From contig OZ024759.1 of the NCBI GenBank assembly GCA_964016885.1, positions 7,502,001 to 7,566,000 on the forward strand: a DNA stretch of 64,000 nt. Reading direction: 5' to 3'. Positions 26,101 to 38,900 of this stretch are shown in pieces. Both the position numbers and the translations under genes were made by a program. The notes beneath the pieces were generated by a model. That model did no database searches. It saw only the letters and a list, made by a program, of their open reading frames with translations, and was not told where the DNA came from. How positions within the stretch are numbered: the first letter of the stretch is position 1; each line of letters opens with the position of its first letter. The stretch comes from Eledone cirrhosa (lineage: Eukaryota).

Positions 26101-26757
26101 AGTTCTCTCTACTGAGTGGAGTTCTCTCTCTCTACTGAGTGGAGTTCTCTCTCTCTACTGAGTGGAGTTCTCTCTACTGAGTGGAGTTCTCTCTCTACTG
26201 AGTGGAGTTCTGTATCTACTGAGTGGAGTTCTGTCTCTCTACTGAGTGGAGTTATGTCTCTCTACTGAGTGGAGTTCTCTCTCTCTACTGAGTGGAGTTC
26301 TCTCTCTCTACTGAGTGGAGTTCTCTCTCTCTACTGAGTGGAGTTCTGTCTCTCCACTGAGTGGAGTTCTCTCTCTCTACTGAGTGGAGTTCTGTCTCTC
26401 TACTGAGTGGAGTTTTGTCTCTCTACTGAGTGGAGTTCTCTCTCTCTACTGAGTGGAGTTCTCTCTCTCTCTACTGAGTGGAGTTCTCTCTCTCTCTACT
26501 GAGTGGAGTTCTCTCTCTCTCTACTCTGTGGAGTTCTCTCTCTCTCTACTGAGTGGAGTTCTCTCTCTACTCTGTGGAGTTCTCTCTCTACTCTGTGGAG
26601 TTCTCTCTCTACTCTGTGGAGTTCTCTTTCTCTACTCAGTGGATTTCTCTTTCTCACTCTACTCAGTGGAGTTTTCGCTCTCTCTCTACTCAGTGGAGTT
26701 TTCGCTCTCTCTCTACTCAGTGGAGTTTTCGCTCTCTCTCTACTCAGTGGAGTTCTC
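23128..26757. repeat. 21-23-bp minisatellite, about 3.6 kb
   Basis: gagtggagt(g/t)ct(g/c)tct(ct)ctact repeated with a left-to-right variant gradient. Confidence 0.97.
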
Positions 26758-27361
26758 CCTGTCACATCACTCCACCTCCCTCTCACATCACTCAACCCCT
26801 CTTCCCCACCCCTCACCTGCTACACAGTTTATCATTTTCTCTTGTAGAAGGTTGAAAAACCTGGAAATAAAATCTTCAACTTTCATTTTCTGCTGTTTGT
26901 ATTGTTTTACTGAAAATCTGCGGTGAGGGGATGGCTGACCCCTGGGGTGGGAGAATGTGTGTGGAATATCGGTTGTGTGACTGGGAAGCTGGTAGTTGTA
27001 GGCTCAGAGCTTCCAAAACTGAGGGAGAAAGGATGGTAACTTCAAACAGGAAATCTGTTCAAAATGTGTGCTAGAGGAGGGACCCAAGGGCCAGTGGTGG
27101 TGTTAAATAGGATTAACCCTTTAACATTTATCTCACATAATATTGAATCTATGAGATTTTCATGGTATTTATTTTGAGAACAATATCTTAGCATAAGTAT
27201 GAGTGGCCAGTTACGGCCGGTTTGAACTGAAAGAGATAAGAGAATTCTAGCCAGAAAGAAGTTAGGAACCAATACAACAAACCGTTTAATCCCTGGTTCT
27301 TTCAACTCTGTTCCCTTTCAGTTTCTTTTAATACCAACATATTTTGTTTATATATGAATAA

Positions 27362-27802
27362 ACATGACAGGAGAGTCAGATGTAGACCCCTGAGCAAGCT
27401 AGTTAGATAACATCTATGAGCTTGGCAAATGGGGCTGAATTAAGATTCCTGTGAAGGGTCTTTGGAGTAACGTTACTCAATAGTAGATCAGAGAGTCACT
27501 CCAGGTAGAGCTGCTACTTCTCTGAATGAAGAGATCACAGCTCCGATACTATGGAGGACGTGGTTAGCTCAGGAAAGAATAGCTGGATAGATTTTATGGG
27601 TAAAACCAACTGGCTGGATACCCAGGGTAGACTGAGTAAGATGGTTGGGAAACATCCATGAGCTTGGCTGGTCTCGCTTAGGGATCCAGCTGGATCAGTT
27701 GGAGACGGTTGCTTCTGACAGGACCCGCTGGGGGGGAGTGTTTGAGGACTCTGCCTCCACGAACCTCTCAGGAATAAGTGGGCGAAGAAGAAGAGGAAGA
27801 AT
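27362..27802 (+). mobile_element. Second, unexpanded Rex3/Expander-like RTE 3' fragment
   Basis: Colinear with 2930-3080 plus 7320-7530, with a single copy of the 99-bp monomer (about 27491-27586) and a gaagaagaagaggaagaa tail. Confidence 0.9.
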
Positions 27803-28208
27803 ACATTTATATAACAAATAAGATTCTGCTGATATATTCAAAAAAGATGGGAGAAGGGAGGGCCTAATAAGGAAGGAGAAGACAAGGGGTGCTGGAGCTT
27901 CCCTCTAATAATTCTGACAGCATTACCATGGGTGATAGCGAGGCCAAGATACTGAAATAGCCAAGGAGCATCATCTGATAAGATAATGGATTAATTAAAT
28001 ACTAGCACTCGTCTTATTTGTTCTCATTGTTCAACTTTATATATATGTGTATATATATGTGTATATATATATATATATACATGAGATCGGATCTAGCTGT
28101 TGAAACAGCAGGAGCTCAGCTGTAGGCCTCTCGAATTCTTCATATATATTTATATATATACAAAATAGAATTAGAATTTTATTTCCTGCTCTAGCACAGC
28201 TGCTACAT

Positions 28209-28658
28209 AAATGTAAGTATGCACACGTACACACACACACACATATATATATATATACACACATATACGTATGGATTATATCGAACATTAATAATAATGT
28301 TCGATTCGTTTGTAAACAAATGAGCCTGATTTGAAGTTGTGCTGTTGACCGGTTGTCACCTGTTTGTTCAACACTGGCTTTGAGGAACAATCAACATGTT
28401 TCTGGGTCATTACCCTTCATCAGGACGGTAGACCTCTGCCAGTCTGTTGAACGGTTGAAAATATATAGTATTTTCTTAGGTACACATCGGCTGTGTAGCC
28501 TCATTTGCATACCGGGCGAGTTACGGCTGACATTGCCAAATAAATGTCATGGTACAGCTTCAAGTTGGGCTGTTTGTTTACAAACGAATCAAACATTATT
28601 ATTAATATTCGATGTAACCCATACGTATATATGTGTGTACATGTGCATACATACATTT
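28209..28658. mobile_element. Diverged foldback element (arms about 28209-28342 / 28552-28658) with internal hammerhead-like motif
   Basis: tacgtatgg.tta.atcgaa.attaataataatgtt.gattcgtttgtaaacaaa is inverted; minus strand 28387-28429 reads accgtc CTGATGA a GGGT aatg ACCC a GAAAC at GTT|gattgt. Confidence 0.7.
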
Positions 28659-28673
28659 ATATATATGTATATA

Positions 28674-29797
28674 TCTTCCATACATATATATAAAACTGTA
28701 GTTGTCTGTGTGTCCTCATTTTTGCAAAGTCTATACAAATCCACATTTCTACTCCAACTACAAACTTTATATATTCCTTGCGGTCTAAAGATATTAACTG
28801 CAGCTTTTATTTTTCAATTTTCTGTTGTTAGGCGCCGGTTATCCATCTCCGTCACTCCCTTATAATATCTGTCTGTATGCCTGGCTGTCTGCATTACGAC
28901 ATTATGATAAACATTGTTGATGTATTATCTTCGCTATTTTCCATTCATTGCCAGGGAACGTCTTCACGAACCAAAGTACCGTCTTCCTGTTTTCCTTTGG
29001 CTGCAACGTTTTTCGAAATATTTACTTCTGCGTTCACAGATTGATTTTTTTTAGTTTCAGAAGATCCCGTTAAGGGTGAAAGCAGCGATTCTTTGCTTAA
29101 ACTTTAATCTGTTATTTTAATATATATATAAGCGAGGCAAGCCAGCCCAGTTGCACTTCTTGCCAATAAACATTAACCCTTTTATGCGCCATTCATCTAA
29201 CTGTAGACCAACAAATACCAACTAAACGGAGCGTTGACAAGAACGATGGCGAATGAATCTTCGAGGTAAGCAGTTTCCCCCCGAGCTGTTAGTTCACACA
29301 GGATTCTCTGCTACACCTTTTCGTAATAATACCGAACAACGTACTGCTGGTCACCCCTTCCTCCAAAAGCCGTACAAAGCGGACATGTGCATCGGGCAGA
29401 TGGATCGGGTGCACATCTACACCAGGCCTACGCGAGAAATTCACAAGGGACTGCACCGAGAGAGAAAGTGCGAATGAACTTTTGAGGTAAGTAGCCTACG
29501 CCTTACTGCTATGACACTGGAACCTTCTGCCAACTTAACCTGTGACTTTCTCTTCCATATTTACTCCAAAAGGCCAAAACAGAGGAGTATGAAAAGAAGG
29601 GGCTCAACAATATTTCTATGAACAATGCACGTAGACAGCTAAACTGTACTTCCAACTTCTTAATTTTCTCCAAATAAAACAAATTTCCTGTCGGTATATT
29701 TTCGTGAGTTTTTAACAGCCACTCACAAATAAATGTTCCTCATTGGAGGTGCTATTACCAATGTTCTTACCCGTGCAACGCCGGGATACACTGCTAG
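28674..29797 (+). mobile_element. Non-autonomous Helitron
   Basis: A|TC start followed by tatatataaaa..gtctgtgtgtcc; 3' hairpin CCCGtgcaacgcCGGG (29770-85), then CTAG|T. Confidence 0.75.
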
Positions 29798-29980
29798 TAC
29801 TATATAAAGGGCAATTTCTGTCTGTGTATCTGTGTATCTGTGTAAAACCAGTTGGCGCCTACACCAGAGATCCGATCCTGATGAAACTTTACACACATGT
29901 TAAGCTAATATTCAGAAACAGGACTGACTAATTGGATTTCAATAAAAATCAATAATGGAAACCCTGGGGTCATATTTACA
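29798..29980 (+). mobile_element. 5' end of a second non-autonomous Helitron-type element abutting the first
   Basis: tactatataaagg..tctgtctgtgtatctgtg..ccgatcctgatgaaacttt, a typical 5' module of such elements; 3' end not located. Confidence 0.55.
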
Positions 29981-30212
29981 ATAGAGGAGGAAAGAGATGT
30001 TTCAGTGAGAGGGGGGTAGAGAAGATACTACTACTGTATGTTAAACCCTTCCTCCTCCCAAAACAAGGCAACAACTTATTTGTTTTTTACGTTCTTCATT
30101 CTGTAGAGAAATAGAGAGAGGGGAGTGGGAGAGAGAGAGGAGGTATTAGGAGAGAGAAAGAGAAAGAAAGCAGAAAAATGATAGCATAATTCAATAACTT
30201 TTATTATTTATT

Positions 30213-30672
30213 TGTGGATTGGCAGTATCGGTAGAGGGTCGGACGCAATGTTAGGGCGGTGGATTGGCAGTATCGGTAGAGGGTCGGACGCCATGTTAGG
30301 GCGGTGGATTGGCAGTATCGGTAGAGGGTCGGACACCATGTTAGGGCGGTGGATTGGCAGTATCGGTAGAGGGTCGGACACCATGTTAGGGCGGTGGATT
30401 GGCAGTATCGGTAGAGGGTCGGACACCATGTTAGGGTGGTGGATTGGCAGTATCGGTAGAGGGTCGGACGCCATGTTAGGGCGGTGGATTGGCAGTATCG
30501 GTAGAGGGTCGGACGCCATGCTTTGACACATAGTTACGTCCCTTTACGATCTGAGTTCAAATCCCACCGAGGTTGACTTTGCCTTTCATCCTTACGGGAT
30601 CGATAAAATAAAGTACCAGTAATATACTAGGTAATTGCTGGCCTTGTGCCTAAAGTAGAAACAATTATTTAT
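30213..30672 (+). mobile_element. Second-family SINE with its 45-bp head tandemly amplified 7 times
   Basis: (gggcggtggattggcagtatcggtagagggtcggacgccatgtta) x7, then B-box, central block and tail. Confidence 0.9.
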
Positions 30673-30841
30673 TTTTTAAACACTTCTTAACTAATCCCTT
30701 TCTTAACGTTACTCCTCTCTCTCCCTCTTTCACAAAAGTTGTAATGAGACCCTGCGTGTGTGTATCACCGTACTTAAGTTAGAGACATATATATGTTTGT
30801 CTGTAATATCGTTAATTTTAGAGAGAGGAAAAAGTTGAAGA

Positions 30842-31358
30842 ACACACACACACATATCTAATCTAAGAACGGTGACACAAACACACACACACATATCTAA
30901 CCTAAGAACGGTGACACAAACACACACACACATATCTAATCTAAGAACGGTGACACAAACACACACACACATATCTAACCTAAGAACGGTGACACAAACA
31001 CACACACACATATCTAACCTAAGAACGGTGACACAAACACACACACACATATCTAATCTAAGAACGGTGACACAAACACACACACACATATCTAACCTAA
31101 GAACGGTGACACAAACACACACACACATATCTAACATAAGAACGGTGACACAAACACACACACACATATCTAACCTAAGAACGGTGACACAAACACACAC
31201 ACACATATCTAACCTAAGAACGGTGACACAAACACACACACACATATCTAACCTAAGAACGGTGACACAAACACACACACACATATCTAACATAAGAACG
31301 GTGACACAAACACACACACACATATCTAACCTAAGAACGGTGACACAAACACACACAT
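30842..31358. repeat. 39-bp minisatellite (about 13 copies)
   Basis: acacacacacacatatctaacctaagaacggtgacacaa repeated. Confidence 0.93.
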
Positions 31359-31449
31359 ATATATATGTGTGTGTAGACATTCTTCAACTTTTCCGCTCTC
31401 TAAAGTTAATGATATATATTACAAACAAACCCTGGGAAAATCCATGTAA

Positions 31450-31823
31450 TTGTGTTGCAAGGGTTTTCATATGAAATCATGTGTTGAAACACATATTGTT
31501 ATATTTGGGGAGGGTCATGTTGTCCAAAATAGTAATAAAACACACCCACTATTTGGTTTGGTTTTCACTTCAGTTCAGTATATCGATATATTTTTATAAA
31601 TAATTTAGCTGGCCCCCCAAAAACAAGAAAACGTTATAGAAACACAATGGGAGGAAATCATTGAAGATGTCACAGAAAAAATGTGTGACGAAGGAACTTT
31701 GAGAAATTATATCTATATTTATAGGTTTAACGGTTGGTTAATCAATGATAATCATTGATTGTCAGCTAAATTATTATTTTCGCAATATTAGGACAATATG
31801 ACCCTACCCAAATATAACAATAC
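31450..31823. mobile_element. Old relative of the 18-kb foldback element with decayed hammerhead motif (31658-31702, +)
   Basis: catatgaaatcatgtgttgaaacacatattgttatatttggggagggtcat matches about 18030-18085; inverted atgaccctacccaaatataacaata near 31800; tca TTGAAGA t GTCACA..TGTGAC GAAG gaactt|tga. Confidence 0.7.
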
Positions 31824-31854
31824 CTGGAATGTTATTTGACTTAGAGCTGACCCT

Positions 31855-32523
31855 AGACAATCGATGAGTAGTCCCACAAAACAACTTGATGTGTCAACTT
31901 CTAAAAGCTCATATCAATGTTGAGTATTGCAGCTCTGTCAAGGCAACTCTATATATCACAAAATATATCAACAAGGGCAGTGACATGGCTACCTTTGTTA
32001 CTGACAAGGAACTCAATGATGGTGGGCTGGTTTAGGTCAAACAGTATCAGACAGGTCGATACATCTCCAGCAATGAATCTATCTGGCGGATCTTTCGATT
32101 TGATATTCACCAACACCATCCAACAGTGGTCAACTTTGCAGTCCATCTAGAAAATGGACAGAGAGTGTATTTCACTGAGACCACTGCTCATCAGTTGACA
32201 CAAGTACCATCTGCTAGAAATTGCAACCATGTCAGGGAAAATTTGCTGGTGACAATTATTTCATTCCCAGAATACCTCAGAAGACAACTGATTTGCTATT
32301 TGAATTTCAAAGACTTCAATTTCCTATCAGACTGAGTTTTGCCATGACCATCAATAAATCTCAAGGGCAACCATTGAAAGTCATTGGGTTGAACTTGGCA
32401 GATCCTGTCTTTTGACACGGTCAACTCTATGTTGGGACAACAAGGGTTGGAAACCCTGAGTGTCTCTCCATTGTGGCACCACAGGGCAAAACCAAGAATG
32501 TTTATCCAGAGTCTTTGGAATGA
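31855..32523 (+). pseudogene. Internally deleted Helitron RepHel relic
   Basis: DNR*VVPQN..KAHINVEYCSSVKATLYITKYINKGSD (Rep motif), GRYISSNE.IWRIF..AVHLENGQRVYF, joined to the Pif1 helicase C-terminus RLQFPIRLSFAMTINKSQGQ..HGQLYVG; contains stops. Confidence 0.92.
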
Positions 32524-32567
32524 GCAACATCGTAACTCCTCCTTCAATAACATAGATATTAATTACT

Positions 32568-32674
32568 TAGCCGAGGTGGACTTTGCCTTTCATCCTTACG
32601 GGGGTCGATAAAATAAAGTACCAGTAATGCACTGGGGAATTGCTGGCCTTGTGCCAAAAGTAGAAACAATTATT
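32568..32674 (+). mobile_element. Second-family SINE, 5'-truncated
   Basis: gccgaggtggactttgcctttcatccttacgggggtcgataaaataaagtaccag...gaaacaattatt. Confidence 0.82.
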
Positions 32675-32811
32675 TACTTAGCCATATAGTTTATAAAGAA
32701 TTCTGAACTTGCAACTTTACTGCATAGTGTTACTTTGCAGAACATAGACATTCCTGGGTACCTCTGCTATGTACAGTAGTATAAGTAAGATCTTTTTATG
32801 GTAGCAAGCTC

Positions 32812-33155
32812 AGGAGGCACATGGCTTAGTGGTTAGAGCATTGGCCTTGCAATCGAAAGGTTGTGAGTTCAATTCTCAGACCAGGTGATGTGTTGTTTCC
32901 TTGAGCAAGACACTTTATTTCACATTGCTCCAGTTTACTCAGCTGTAGAAATGAGATGATAGGGACTGGTGCCCCTATCATTCCACTGCAAAGTGGTCGT
33001 GGAGATGCCACGGCAAAAAAGCACCCAACACTCACTGTAAATGAGGTTGGTGTTAGGAAGGGCATCCAGCTGTAGAAGTGAAGCCAGAATCAGTTCCCGT
33101 CCCACCCGTGCACGCAGGGAAAAGCGGACGTAAAATGATGATGATGATGTTGATG
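32812..33155 (+). mobile_element. CORE-type SINE, second copy
   Basis: Highly similar to 1338-1620; (GAT)n tail; target-site duplication AAGCTC (32806-11 / 33156-61). Confidence 0.88.
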
Positions 33156-33477
33156 AAGCTCGATCTGTTAGAAATAGCAGCCAAATTACTTTCAAATCCC
33201 AGTCTACTGTCTCATATATATATTTATATATATATATGAAGCAAAGAGGAAAGGTTGTATGTGACACCACCATCTATATTAGCAAAGTCCATTTCAAATC
33301 ACAACGAACAGTCTTACACACACACACACACACACATTCATGTGTGTGTATGAATGTCATGGAAGCCATTATAACTGTTGGTGTGCCTAAAAGAAATAGA
33401 AAACAAATCTCCCTCAAACAAGATCCTACTGCCATAGAGGTAAAAGTTGGTGAAAGCTACAGTGTAAACATTTTAAT

Positions 33478-33692
33478 TAACCCAGGCTCTGCCGCAATTT
33501 GGGCCAAGGAGGGTAAAGTCTCCAAATATCAGTTGCTCTCCGACAGGTTTGTTATTGAGCCCATAGCAATGAAGACTTCTGGTGTCCTTGGCTCTTGGGC
33601 TACCTCCCAACTCACCACCATCGGCACATAGTTGGCTACCCGTAGGGGTGAGCCTCGTAAGTCGGAATGGATTTTCCAGCGCGTCTCCCTTA
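33478..33692 (+). pseudogene. CRE-clade non-LTR retrotransposon C-terminal (restriction-like endonuclease region) relic
   Basis: PGSAA..AKEGKVSKY..LSDRFVIEPIAMKTSGVLG..A...L..IGT*LATRRGEPRKSEWIFQRVSL fits the recalled CRE pattern K..KY...F.P.A.ET.G.WG...GDPR...L.QR.SL. Confidence 0.7.
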
Positions 33693-34154
33693 CCATCCTC
33701 TATTCCGACCGTGAGTGATGGGGAGATCGAGAGAGAGGCAGGGAGGGTAGGAGTTTGGTTCCTCGTGTATATATTTACCACACTTACATTTAAATAAACT
33801 TTCCTAAATTACAGAAATGAGTAAGTAAATTCTTCATTCATAAACCAATGGTAAATTGTATTTTTTGTTTTATTTTATTCATGCTTTTTGAAATAGTCTT
33901 CGCATTTTGTTTTAATTTCAGAGGTTCTGATTGTGCAAAAAGAAGATAAATAAAATCTAAATTTATTTTTTTGGTCATGCCCTTTTCTCTGACAACATAC
34001 CTAATGATTCTTCCAAGTGTGAATAATTATATATGCTGACTGTAATAGGGAGCAGTATTAAAAAAAATCACTACTGGACAAAACTATCTACATGATTTGC
34101 TTTCTAACTCAGTTTAATAACCACATCACAACCTCTTCCCCTAACCAATGGCAC

Positions 34155-34710
34155 TTTCATTACCATATTTCTAATGAAAATCTCTGTCTATGTCATTAAC
34201 CCTTCCATTACCATATTTCTAATGAAAGACACTGTCTATGTCATTAAACCTTTCATTACTATATTTCTAATGAAAGACACTGTCTATGTCATTAACCCTT
34301 CCATTACCATATATCTAATGAAAGACACTGTCTATGTCATTAACCCTTCCATTACCATATTTCTAATGAAAGACACTGTCTATGTCATTAACCCTTCCAT
34401 TACCATATTTCTAATGAAAGACACTGTCTATGTCATTAACCCTTTCACTATCATATTTCTAATGAAAGACACTCTCTATGTCATTAACCCTTTCATTACC
34501 ATATTTCTAATGAAAGACACTGTCTATGTCATTAACCCTTCCATTACCATATTTCTAATGAAAGACACTGTCTATGTCATTAACCCTTTCACTATCATAT
34601 TTCTAATGAAAGACACTGTCTATGTCATTAACCCTTCCATTACCATATTTCTAATGAAAGACACTGTCTATGTCATTAACCCTTTCATTACCATATTTCT
34701 AATGAAAGAC
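34155..34710. repeat. 48-bp minisatellite (about 11.5 copies)
   Basis: ccttccattaccatatttctaatgaaagacactgtctatgtcattaac repeated. Confidence 0.95.
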
Positions 34711-34760
34711 CTTCTATATATTTTTTTCAAATAATGAAGAATTTTAGCGAGATTTAGTAA

Positions 34761-35906
34761 TAAAGGTGACCACAAAAACACTCAGCTTATATAATTGCAA
34801 TCATGTTTTTCGAGCAACAAAAGTGTCAGACATCGCCTATGATATCAACCAATACTACATGATGTGATATCAACCAATACTACATGATGTGATATCAACC
34901 AATACTACATGATGTGATATCAAACAATACCACATGATGTGATATCAAACAATACCACATGTGATATCAAACAACACCACATGTGATATCAACCAATACC
35001 ACATGATGTGATATCAACCAATACTACATGATGTGATATCAACCAGTACCACATGATGTGATATCAACCAATACCACATGATGTGATATCAACCAATACC
35101 ACATCATGTGATATCAACCAATACGACATGATGTGATATCAACCAATACTACATGATGTGATATCAACCAATACTACATGATGTGATATCAACCAATACT
35201 ACATGATGTGATATCAACCAATACTACATGATGTGATATCAAACAATACCACATGATGTGATATCAAACAATACCACATGTGATATCAAACAATACCACA
35301 TGTGATATCAACCAATACCACATGATGTGATATCAACCAATACTACATGATGTGATATCAACCAATACCGCATGATGTGATATCAACCAATACCACATGA
35401 TGTGATATCAACCAATACCACATGATGTGATATCAACCAATACCACATGATGTGATATCAACCAATACCACATGATGTGATATCAACCAATACTACATGA
35501 TGTGATATCAACCAATACTACATGATGTGATATCAACCAATACTACATGATGTGATATCAGCCAATATTACATGATGTGATATCAACCAATACTACATGA
35601 TGTGATATCAACCAATACTACATGATGTGATTTCAACCAATACTACATGATGTGATATCAAACAATACCACATGTGATATCAACCAATACAACATGATGT
35701 GATATCAACCAATACTACATGATGTGATATCAACCAATACTACATGATGTGATATCAAACAATACCACATGATGTGATATCAACCAATACCACATGAAAC
35801 CTTGTTAGTTTATACAACTGTAGCCACCAATATTGTAAGAACATTCATTTCAGTTTTCATATTATAAATATTTGAAATGAAGGAGTCGTTTTGTGGTCAG
35901 CCTGTA
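34761..35906. mobile_element. Possible decayed Tc1/mariner-type MITE enclosing the 25-bp array
   Basis: Left taaaggtgaccacaaaaacactc versus reverse complement of the right end tacaggctgaccacaaaacgactc; right end terminates CTG|TA. Confidence 0.45.
34839..35796. repeat. 25-bp minisatellite (about 39 copies, some 22-bp variants)
   Basis: gatatcaaccaatac(t/c)acatgatgt repeated. Confidence 0.95.
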
Positions 35907-38900
35907 TATACAGTGTACTCCCGGTGTGGTCAGTCTGTATATACAGTGTACTCCCGGTGTGGTCAGTCTGTATATACAGTGTACTCCCGGTGTGGTCAGC
36001 CTGTATATACAGTGTACTCCCGGTGTGGTCAGCCTGTATATACAGTGTACTCCCGGTGTGGTCAGCCTGTATATACAGTGTACTCCCGGTGTGGTCAGCC
36101 TGTATATACAGTGTACTCCCGGTGTGGTCAGTCTGTATATACAGTGTATTCCCGGTGTGGTCAGTCTGTATATACAGTGTGGTCAGCCTGTATATACAGT
36201 GTACTCCTGGTGTGGTCAGCCTGTATATACAGTGTACTCCCGGTGTGGTCAGTCTGTATATACAGTGTGGTCAGCCTGTATATACAGTGTACTCCCGGTG
36301 TGGTCAGTCTGTATATACAGTGTGGTCAGCCTGTATATACAGTGTACTCCTGGTGTGGTCAGCCTGTATATACAGTGTACTCCCGGTGTGGTCAGTCTGT
36401 ATATACAGTGTGGTCAGCCTGTATATACAGTGTACTCCCGGTGTGGTCAGCCTGTATATACAGTGTACTCCCGGTGTGGTCAGTCTGTATATACAGTGTA
36501 CTCCTGGTGTGGTCAGTCTGTATATACAGTGTACTCCCGGTGTGGTCAGCCTGTATATACAGTGTACTCCCGGTGTGGTCAGTCTGTATATACAGTGTAC
36601 TCCCGGTGTGGTCAGTCTGTATATACAGTGTGGTCAGCCTGTATATACAGTGTACTCCTGGTGTGGTCAGCCTGTATATACAGTGTACTCCCGGTGTGGT
36701 CAGTCTGTATATACAGTGTGGTCAGCCTGTATATACAGTGTACTCCCGGTGTGGTCAGCCTGTATATACAGGGTACTCCTGGTGTGGTCAGCCTGTATAT
36801 ACAGTGTACTCCCGGTGTGGTCAGCCTGTATATACAGTGTACTCCTGGTGTGGTCAGTCTGTATATACAGTGTGGTCAGCATGTATATACAGTGTACTCC
36901 TGGTGTGGTCAGCCTGTATATACAGGGTACTCCTGGTGTGGTCAGCCTGTATATACAGTGTACTCCTGGTGTGGTCAGTCTGTATATACAGTGTACTCCC
37001 GGTGTGGTCAGTCTGTATATACAGTGTACTCCCGGTGTGGTCAGTCTGTATATACACTGTACTCCCGGTGTGGTCAGTCTGTATATACAGTGTGGTCAGT
37101 CTGTATATACAGTGTACTCCCGGTGTGGTCAGTCTGTATATACAGTGTACTCCTGGTGTGGTCAGTCTATATATACAGTGTACTCCCGGTGTGGTCAGTC
37201 TGTATATACAGTGTACTCCCAGTGTGGTCAGTCTGTATATACAGTGTACTCCCGGTGTGGTCAGCCTGTATATACAGTGTACTCCTGGTGTGGTCAGCCT
37301 GTATATACAGTGTACTCCTGGTGTGGTCAGTCTGTATATACAGTGTACTCCCGGTGTGGTCAGCCTGTATATACAGTGTACTCCCGGTGTGGTCAGCCTG
37401 TATATACAGTGTACTCCTGGTGTGGTCAGCCTGTATATACAGTGTACTCCTGGTGTGGTCAGCCTGTATATACAGTGTACTCCCAGTGTTGTCAACCTGT
37501 ATATACAGTGTACTCCCAGTGTGGTCAGCCTGTATATACAGTGTACTCCTGGTGTGGTCAGCCTGTATATACAGTGTACTCCCGGTGTGGTCAGTCTGTA
37601 TATACAGTGTGGTCAGTCTGTATATACAGTGTACTCCCGGTGTGGTCAGTCTGTATATACAGTGTACTCCTGGTGTGGTCAGTCTATATATACAGTGTAC
37701 TCCCGGTGTGGTCAGTCTGTATATACAGTGTACTCCCAGTGTGGTCAGTCTGTATATACAGTGTACTCCCGGTGTGGTCAGTCTGTATATACAGTGTACT
37801 CCCAGTGTGGTCAGCCTGTATATACAGTGTACTCCTGGTGTGGTCAGTCTATATATACAGTGTACTCCCGGTGTGGTCAGTCTGTATATACAGTGTACTC
37901 CCAGTGTGGTCAGTCTGTATATACAGTGTACTCCCGGTGTGGTCAGTCTGTATATACAGTGTACTCCTGGTGTGGTCAGTCTATATATACAGTGTACTCC
38001 CGGTGTGGTCAGTCTGTATATACACTGTACTCCCAGTGTGGTCAGTCTGTATATACAGTGTACTCCCGGTGTGGTCAGCCTGTATATACAGTGTACTCCT
38101 GGTGTGGTCAGCCTGTATATACAGTGTACTCCCGGTGTGGTCAGTCTGTATATACAGTGTGGTCAGCCTGTATATACAGTGTACTCCTGGTGTGGTCAGC
38201 CTGTATATACAGTGTACTCCCGGTGTGGTCAGTCTGTATATACAGTGTGGTCAGCCTGTATATACAGTGTACTCCCGGTGTGGTCAGCCTGTATATACAG
38301 TGTACTCCCGGTGTGGTCAGCCTGTATATACAGTGTACTCCTGGTGTGGTCAGCCTGTATATACAGTGTACTCCCGGTGTGGTCAGTCTGTATATACAGT
38401 GTGGTCAGCCTGTATATACAGTGTACTCCCGGTGTGGTCAGTCTGTATATACAGTGTGGTCAGCCTGTATATACAGTGTACTCCCGGTGTGGTCAGCCTG
38501 TATATACAGGGTACTCCTGGTGTGGTCAGCCTGTATATACAGTGTACTCCTGGTGTGGTCAGTCTGTATATACAGTGTACTCCCGGTGTGGTCAGCCTGT
38601 ATATACAGTGTACTCCCGGTGTGGTCAGTCTGTATATACATTGTGGTCAGCCTGTATATACAGTGTACTCCCGGTGTGGTCAGTCTGTATATACATTGTG
38701 GTCAGCCTGTATATACAGTGTACTCCCGGTGTGGTCAGTCTGTATATACATTGTGGTCAGCCTGTATATACAGTGTACTCCCGGTGTGGTCAGTCTGTAT
38801 ATACATTGTGGTCAGCCTGTATATACAGGGTACTCCTGGTGTGGTCAGCCTGTATATACAGTGTGGTCAGTCTGTATATACAGTGTACTCCTGGTGTGGT

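Noticed and set aside
29878-29895. CTGATGAAAC as a hammerhead core
   Set aside because: No stem II between CTGATGA and GAAA; part of a common Helitron 5' motif.
34174-34734. 186-aa hydrophobic repeat ORF
   Set aside because: Entirely the 48-bp minisatellite.
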